A stretch of DNA of 64,000 nt, from positions 13,082,001-13,146,000 of the forward strand of contig OZ024753.1 of the NCBI GenBank assembly GCA_964016885.1, read 5' to 3'. Shown here piece by piece: positions 57,150 to 64,000 of the stretch. Source of the stretch: Eledone cirrhosa (taxonomy: Eukaryota). A program made the position numbers and the translations under genes. Numbering within the stretch: position 1 is the stretch's first letter; every line of letters starts with the position of its first letter. The notes beneath the pieces are model-generated. The model did not search any database. It was not told where the DNA came from and saw only the letters and a list, made by a program, of their open reading frames with translations.

Positions 57150-60100
57150 TTACAGATATATACTCAGAGTCGGCCCATTCACTCGGGCCATTCTTGCTTC
57201 TCTCACCCATCTTTCAACAAAATGCTGGGAAGAGAGCACTTCCCTCTCTACTCTGATTTTCCTTTTCAAATGAAATTTGAAAAAGTCAATCAGAGCATCA
57301 CCGAAGAGGTAAGTGCTCGTCTTCAGCCCTTTCAAACGTGTCCACCATACTATCTCTTTCGCCATGGCCACCAGACAGATAAAAACTGCCTGCCCTTCCC
57401 GGCTAAAGGAGGAGGGCGGGGCAATCCTCACGATAGACTCAGATGATAGCTGGATCCGTCCTAAACGCGACAGCAGGTGTTCGACATAAACCCACAAGTC
57501 AGCAATTTTCGGACACTGGACGAGTGCGTGCAGGACGGTTTCGTCGCCCTGCGCGCATCTCGGACATGCCCGGCTGACGGCACCTCCATGCCTGTAGAGT
57601 TTATCCCGAACTGGCAAGGCTCCTCGGTAGCACTGCCAGGCCAGAGATTTCTGGAAGTTGTCCATAGGCCCTGGCCCGAAAGTTCTTCCGAAGAGATTGG
57701 CTAGTTGATTTTCGTCGACGCCTAGAGTTTCCCCAAGTACGTCGTCGCTCTTCCCCTCCACTAATCCTCTATAGAACGCCGAGGTGGAGTTTCCACCGAT
57801 CACATTGCCCGATTGGTCGAGGGCTGTGAGCGCCTGAAGACATTCCAGTCTCCAGGCGCTCCCTCTCGGTCTTCGCTTGACCCAGGACTGCAGCTCCGTC
57901 AAGGAAACGAGCTGGGGAAAAACGCGTCTAGCAAACGGCGACCACACCTGATCACCGTCGAGGAAGAGGTGGGGATGTCGTAGCCTGAGCGCGTGCCTGC
58001 GCATCATCAGCCACGGCATGCCCAGCCCTCCACGTAGCGGGTGTTGACAACAGATGGACCGCCTGACCATCGGAGCACGTCCCTTCCACAAAAAGCGAAA
58101 GAGCAAACGCTCCAGCGCAGTCAGGCGAGGCTTAGGACAAGGTACGACGGTTAGGCGGTAGCAGATGATAGACGCGATGTACGCGTTAGCCACCTCCGCT
58201 CGACCTTTCAGGGATAGCTTCCTCTCCGCCCATTTCTGGGTGAGAGAAGCCACCCTGCTCGTCACCTCGTCCCAGTTTTTGTCCGTCTGGAGGTCCGGAC
58301 CGAACCAGACCCCTAGCAATTTAACCGGTCCGTCCGTCCAGCGCCCGACGACGCTGTTGGACGGCATGGACCTGCCTCTCCAGGTGCCGAGCTGCAGGCC
58401 CACTGACTTTTCCTGGTTGATCATTGCTCCTGTCACCGCTTCGTATTCTCTTAGTGTAGTGCCGATCGCCTCGATGTGTTTGGCGTTCGACACCACTACG
58501 GTGACATCGTCCGCATATGCTGACACGGATCTTCCGCATCCTAGTTCGCGCGGGACTCCCCTCAACGTCTCCAGTTTGTGCAGTAATGGCTCGAGAGTCA
58601 ATACGTACAAGAGGGACGAGAGGGGACATCCTTGGCGGACCGAGCGCATGATGTTGAACGGTTCCGACAGGTGACCGTTCACTCTCACCACAGAGCAGAT
58701 GTCGCTGTGCATGGCAGCGATCCAGCCTCTGAAGACGGGCCCAAAGCCAGCCGCCCTCAGGACTGCCGCTAGGTAACGATGGTCGACCCTATCGAAAGCT
58801 TTCGACTGATCTAAATTGATCAAGGACCCACCCGTGCCAGGTTACCTAGCTACCCTCTCTACGATGTATCGCATGAGGTGGAGGTTGTCGTGGATGGATC
58901 TGTCGGGAATGGCGCATGTCTGCGCCTCTCCCACCAGACCACCAACGACAAGCGCCAACCTCTTTGCTAGCACCTTGGCCAAAATCTTAAACTCTGTGTT
59001 TAGCAGAGTTATGGGCCGGAAATTGTCTATGTTATCCCCCTTGTTCGGATCCTTTCTCAGCAGTGCCACCGCTCCTCGGCTCACAGAACTGGGAATTCTC
59101 CCGTTCTGTTGCCAGTTGCAGTAGACGTCCGCCAAGAGGCCTCCGAACAAGTCTGGCATCTGTACGTAAAGTTCATAGGGCAGACCATCCAAACCAGGCG
59201 ATTTACCCCTTGTGCAGCCAGTCATTGCCTCCCGTACTTCAGCGGCTGTTATCGGCTTTTCGCAACACTTCGCCTCAGTGGCCGAGAGCCGCGGCAGTCC
59301 GTCGAGGTAGACACTAAAGTCCATCCCTCTACCCGGCCCCCCGCTGCCCCCGAACAGCTGAGCGAAGTGTCGCTGAAAAGCTTCACACATTTGCCCGGAT
59401 TCGAGTAGCATGCGCCCGTCGTGGTCCACCAAAGACCGGATCGTGGCTTTGTTGCCACGACGCGCCTCCGCCACTCGGGCCCATTGAACGGCTTTCGTCC
59501 CCTCGTGTCTGAGAGCACGCACCCTAGCTCTGACAACGCAGCCTTCGTGCTTTGCATTGAAGAATTGGTCAAGGGCCAATTTTGCCGCAAGCACGTCGGT
59601 CGCAATGCCTTTGCTAAGCGCCTCGTCTAATTTTCTAACTAGTTCTCCCTCTGCTCTATTTTTCTCTATTGCTAAATCCTTACTAAACCTAATCGATTCT
59701 ATTCTAATCGCTCTTTTCAGAGCAAACCACCACTTGTTGTTGACGATGGCCCCCGTCAACGCCCGCTTAACTAGTTCGCTAATCCGGTCTCTGTAGGCCT
59801 TGCGCGCTGGTAAGGACGCGTTTAGCTTCCAGTAGCCGGGTCCTCGTCTATGAAGCCTATCTAAGTCAAGCACACAGGTCACGAATTTGTGGTCCGTGTA
59901 GCTGACTATCTTGAATTGTGGACAGCCTATGCTAGACCTATCTATTTCCCTACAAAATACTCTATCTAGATATGATCTGGATGACCCTATGCGGTTTGTC
60001 CAAGTCCACATTGGCACATTCGGGAAATCCAATCGGTACCTGTCAGACAGTTCAAAACGCCTGAGCAGGTTGGTGAGGCTCTTGCACCCTCCACCCCTAT

Positions 60101-60569
60101 CCGCTAATCCCACACAGTCCCAGCGTGCATCTAAGATCCCGTTCCAGTCGCCCACTAACACTAAAGAGCGGGACGTTCCAAGAAAGGTCTCCAGACGCCG
60201 GAAGAAATCAGGCCGCCCTGCTCCTGTCGGGGCATAGACGGCCACTAGCCTGAAAGCTTGCCCGTCTCCGCTGGTCACGTCCAGCACCACCAGCTTACCC
60301 TCTGGGTCCAGGAAGATGGCCCGTATGGCGAGATCTAAACCTCTCCGAAAAAGCACAGCAACTCCTCCACCCGATCCAGGACGGCTGGGAGATGTGTACA
60401 CATCGTAGCCGCCGAAGATCGGTGCGAAGGCCCGTGCTTCGGAGATTCTGGTCTCGCTGATGGCCACTACATCTACGTTTAGTGACCTGAGGTCGTTGAG
60501 CAGGTGACCCTGCTTCCATGACGACCCCAAGCCACGCGCATTTATGCTGCCTATTCTGAGTGAGGTCAT
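57150..60569 (-). pseudogene. Tx1-like ORF2 (APE endonuclease, RT, C-terminal CCHC) with one in-frame stop
   Basis: SINARGL, SETR, VYAP, GDWN, LDRV, TDH; KSPGLDG, FRPITLLN, KAFDRV, RQGCPLS, YADD; CPRC..ETVLHALVQC. The two ORFs share a frame, separated by TAA at 58842-58844. Confidence 0.92.
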
Positions 60570-60604
60570 GTTTAAAATATAGTGGAAAAGATGGGAAAGA
60601 CCAC

Positions 60605-62701
60605 TTACCGTACTTTTGGTAGAGGAGGGATGGTTTTTACATCCCTTTTCACTTGATCGTCTGGTGAAGGGACCGTTGAATCGTCCCTTCGGCTGGTCGT
60701 CGGCTCTTCTAAGAGAATGTCTGAATATACTCTTCGATTGATGGTTCCTCCTAGGTCCCTGAAATCACCAACTGCGTTGGGGAATTTCGTTTTAATGTTT
60801 GTGTATTCTTTCTGTGCTATTTTTAGCAGTCTTATGTTAGTTGGCGTTTTGATTGGTGCTGGTATTATGTAGTCCTGTTGTGAAATGTCTGTGTGTTCAA
60901 TTATGTAAGTCATTAGTTTCTTGTTGTGTGTGTTTATTGCCGTGCATTTGTTTTTCTGGGGGTGGGGTGTGGTTCTGCTATTTTCTTGTCGTTGTTGCTG
61001 GGTGTGTGTGTTTTGTTGTTGTGTTTGCGATGTTGGTGCTTGTGGTGGTGGTGTTGAAGGTGTTGTTGGCGGTGGGGTTGTCGCCGGTGGTGATGGTGGT
61101 GCTGGTGTGGGTGGTGATGGTGTTGGTGGTGTTGCTGCTGTGGGTCTCTTTGCAGTAGACTTTATCCTTTTCTCATTTCTTTCCTCCCTTTTCAAAGGCG
61201 ACGATGCGCTGCTTCTGCGTTTGTGCCTTCTTGCGACCTTTTGCCATCCCTCTCCCACCTCACACTCCATGTCTGATTCTGTGAGGTCGGGGAGGGGTAC
61301 CAGCTCCACTCTTTCACTTGTTGTTGTTGGTGATGTTTGCACTGGAGTCTCTGTTGCAGCTGCATTTGGTATTGCTGTTGTTGTTGTTAATATTTCCACT
61401 GCTGCTGCTGTTTTTGATATCCGTGGAGTCGGTATCGGTGCCACGGGCCTATCGTTCCTGGTTGCCGCTTGTCCTGTTGCTGGTGGCCGTGGAGCCGGAT
61501 TCGGAAGGAGGGGGGTTTTCTCCTTTCTCAGGGTCTTCTCGTTGCAGAAGGCCCTGAGGTGAGTCTTCGATCCACAGCGAAAGCATTTCGGGCGTTTGCC
61601 CTCAACACTTATGGGCAGTTGAGTGCCGTTATCGAAGTCTATCACATCCGGGATAGCTTCGATGCACTCCTGGTTGGTTTGGATTAGCATCTCAATGGAG
61701 GAGCCGACCCAATCTTCTCTTACTTTTTTCTGTACTTGCAGTACAGTTGTTTTGTCCTCGATTCCGACGAGGACAGACGCGGCCAGCCAAGAAGGGGTCA
61801 TTCCGGGGGAGACGTGGGTCAGTTTGACCCTCACAATTTTTTGCCCGCAGTAGGAGGGCACCAACACCATTTCCTCGCTCCTTAGGGTCACTACTGATTG
61901 GGCCTTTGCCTCCTGGGGTGTGGCAAAAAGTACGTCTACGGTGGAATATTTTTTGCCTCGGGTGATGTGCGTTTTCCGCTGCCACACAGACCCCAAGGCT
62001 TTTTGTATTTGGGCCTCTGTGGCTCTTTCCACCCTACGGGATTTTGTACTTACTGTACGGTACGTGACCGTACAGTGCTCTTGGGTTTCGAAAAATTTTT
62101 CCGCTGCCTTGCAGATTGCTCGGTGTCCGTTCTTTGTCACCATCTTCTTCGCTTCCTCTAATTCCTCATTTGTTATGAGGATTGTTTCCAAGTTTTTCGC
62201 AATACCTGCAAATGAGATTGGTTTTTCTCTGCTGTTGTTGTTGTCGTCAGAGCTGCTGGTACTTTTGTTGTTGCTGCAGGTACTACGACTACTGCCTCCG
62301 CCGCTGTTGCTGTGGTTGTTGTTGGTGTTGCTGCTGCTAATGCTGTTGTTGTTTATGCTGCTGGTGATGCTGTTGCGGCTGCTACTGTTGTTTTCATTGT
62401 CACTGTTGCTGTTGTTATTACGGCTGCTACTGCTATTATTCCTGACGTCAGACGAATGAACTGGGTTTTCGTATTTCCTGCACACCTGTTTCGTCGCTGT
62501 CGTCGTCGTCGTGGAGAAACCTTGCACGCTTTGCACGAGACTTTTCTTTTCTTTCGTCACTTGCGAAAGAGAAGGGAGGGAGAGAGACACATTTAAAGAA
62601 GGGAGGGAGAGAGACAATCTTCTCTCTGCTGTAGTGATGATTGAGGAAGAAGAAGACGGAATGAGTGGGAGTGACGTATGAAATTTCTTTTTCGTAGCCA
62701 T
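60605..62701 (-). CDS. Tx1-like ORF1 with zinc knuckle, 698 aa
   Basis: CFRCGSKTHLRAFC (CX2CX4HX4C), low-complexity S/N and P/T regions, directly upstream of ORF2. Confidence 0.88.
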   Translation of the reverse strand: MATKKKFHTSLPLIPSSSSSIITTAERRLSLSLPSLNVSLSLPSLSQVTKEKKSLVQSVQGFSTTTTTATKQVCRKYENPVHSSDVRNNSSSSRNNNSNSDNENNSSSRNSITSSINNNSISSSNTNNNHSNSGGGSSRSTCSNNKSTSSSDDNNNSREKPISFAGIAKNLETILITNEELEEAKKMVTKNGHRAICKAAEKFFETQEHCTVTYRTVSTKSRRVERATEAQIQKALGSVWQRKTHITRGKKYSTVDVLFATPQEAKAQSVVTLRSEEMVLVPSYCGQKIVRVKLTHVSPGMTPSWLAASVLVGIEDKTTVLQVQKKVREDWVGSSIEMLIQTNQECIEAIPDVIDFDNGTQLPISVEGKRPKCFRCGSKTHLRAFCNEKTLRKEKTPLLPNPAPRPPATGQAATRNDRPVAPIPTPRISKTAAAVEILTTTTAIPNAAATETPVQTSPTTTSERVELVPLPDLTESDMECEVGEGWQKVARRHKRRSSASSPLKREERNEKRIKSTAKRPTAATPPTPSPPTPAPPSPPATTPPPTTPSTPPPQAPTSQTQQQNTHTQQQRQENSRTTPHPQKNKCTAINTHNKKLMTYIIEHTDISQQDYIIPAPIKTPTNIRLLKIAQKEYTNIKTKFPNAVGDFRDLGGTINRRVYSDILLEEPTTSRRDDSTVPSPDDQVKRDVKTIPPLPKVR

Positions 62702-62931
62702 GTTGTTTTTTGTTTAAAATGAATACAAAACCCCAATAACTGGTTATTTAACCCCGAAGGGCCAAATAACGGACAGAAAGACCCCTCTCACGAGGAGGAC
62801 GGTGTCTTTATCAACAATTTGGTTCAAGTTTTAAACAATTTACAATTGTTTTAACGGTTAAAAATTACTATACCTTACAGAGCCGAGCCTCCGTCAACCA
62901 TGGCATTCAATAATAATAATAATAATAATAA

Positions 62932-63120
62932 TAATTGTTTCTACTTTAGGCACAAGGCCAGCAAATACCCAGTGCATTACTGGTACTTTATTTTATCGAC
63001 CCCGTAAGGATGAAAGGCAAAGTCAACCTCGGCGGGATTTAAACTCATATTGTAAAGGGACGTAACTATGTTGGAAAGCATGGCGTCCGACCCTCTACCG
63101 ATACTGCCAATCCACCACCG
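62932..63120 (-). mobile_element. tRNA-derived SINE whose (ATT)n tail holds the Tx1-like insertion
   Basis: Paralog of 54604-54792. Confidence 0.85.
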
Positions 63121-63146
63121 TTTAATAATAATAATAATAATAATAA

Positions 63147-63290
63147 CTAGCAGAATGGCCCGGCGTTGCTCGGGATTTGCTCTAGGGTTCTTATATATTT
63201 AATATATATTTATCCTTATCGAGCTTCGGGAAATAAATACTTTTGTTTATATTTTGTTATTGTGTATGCAAAAATATCCTTACACGAATA

Positions 63291-63355
<65 letters not shown>

Positions 63356-63358
63356 ATT

Positions 63359-63411
<53 letters not shown>

Positions 63412-63843
63412 TAAAATAACAGATTAAAGTTTAAGCAAAGAATCGCTGCTTTCACCCATAACGGGATCTTCTGAAACTAAAAAAAATCAATCTGTGAACG
63501 CAGAAGTAAATATTTCGAAAAAGGTTACACACTATATATATATATAAACACACACACTATATATACATATATACACACACACATACACACAAACAGCTAC
63601 GTCATAATGTCGTAATGCAGACAGCCAGGCATACAGACAGATATTATAAGGGCGCAACGTTATATCTATGTATCTATCTAAAAAGAAAGACTGAGAGAGA
63701 GAGATCGCTAAATCGCCTAATGCCGTCCCTAGGGCATTGAACATTTGAAATATATTTTTTCTCAAAACACTCACAGGAAAATAAGTATTACATGTGTAAA
63801 GTTTGAAAACAATCGGTTGGGTGGTTCGCGAGTTTTGGGGAGT

Positions 63844-63901
<58 letters not shown>

Positions 63902-63923
63902 TTTTCTGTTTTCGATATATAGA
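63147..63923 (-). mobile_element. Non-autonomous Helitron
   Basis: Minus strand A|TC ... CCCGAGCAACGCCGGG hairpin ... CTAG|T; (CTGT)n near the 5' end. Confidence 0.8.
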
Positions 63924-64000
63924 TAATGATGACGATGATGATGGTGGTGCTGGTTGTGTCGTTGTCTTCTTTTTCTCTTATTAGTTACTGGTTGTGGTTT

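Larger units (their letters stand above)
56901..62908 (-). mobile_element. Apparently full-length Tx1/L1-clade non-LTR retrotransposon inserted in (ATT)n
   Basis: 5' UTR, ORF1, ORF2, 3' UTR with AATAAA just before the ATT repeats; ATT repeats on both flanks. Confidence 0.93.
48077..63522 (+). repeat. Tandem segmental duplication: copy A 48077-55160, copy B 55161-63522, with different LINE insertions
   Basis: 48077-50360 matches 55162-56855 (copy B lacks about 49976-50176); 54604-55157 matches 62932-63522. Confidence 0.9.

Noticed and set aside
60853-62596. Plus-strand ORFs overlapping Tx1 ORF1
   Set aside because: Antisense shadows of low-complexity coding sequence

Overview
AT-rich, microsatellite-dense eukaryotic DNA. 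It is probably an invertebrate, and the SINE, Dong/R4 and Penelope content would fit a cephalopod (inference only). Most ORFs in the track are translations of (TA)n, (CA)n or (CATA)n repeats and are not genes. Real content: (1) a tandem array of large, same-strand exons encoding 7TM gustatory-receptor-like (GRL) proteins of two types (about 27.7, 31.6, 45.0 and 46.05 kb); each ends at an equivalent phase-0 GTAAGT donor after TM6, and I found no TM7 exon in the window; (2) Penelope-like elements (Naiad-type RT + GIY-YIG), including a ~10.6 kb inverted repeat, and many type I hammerhead ribozyme motifs, often in inverted pairs; (3) R4/Dong-like RLE retrotransposons in (CATA)n and (TAA)n; (4) a near-intact Tx1/L1-clade element in (TAA)n; (5) a tandem duplication (about 48.1-55.2 and 55.2-63.5 kb) in which the same SINE tail hosts different LINEs in each copy; (6) CR1 fragments, a deleted mariner, a MITE, a Helitron, many tRNA-derived SINEs and minisatellites. 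All calls were made by eye, with no database searches.
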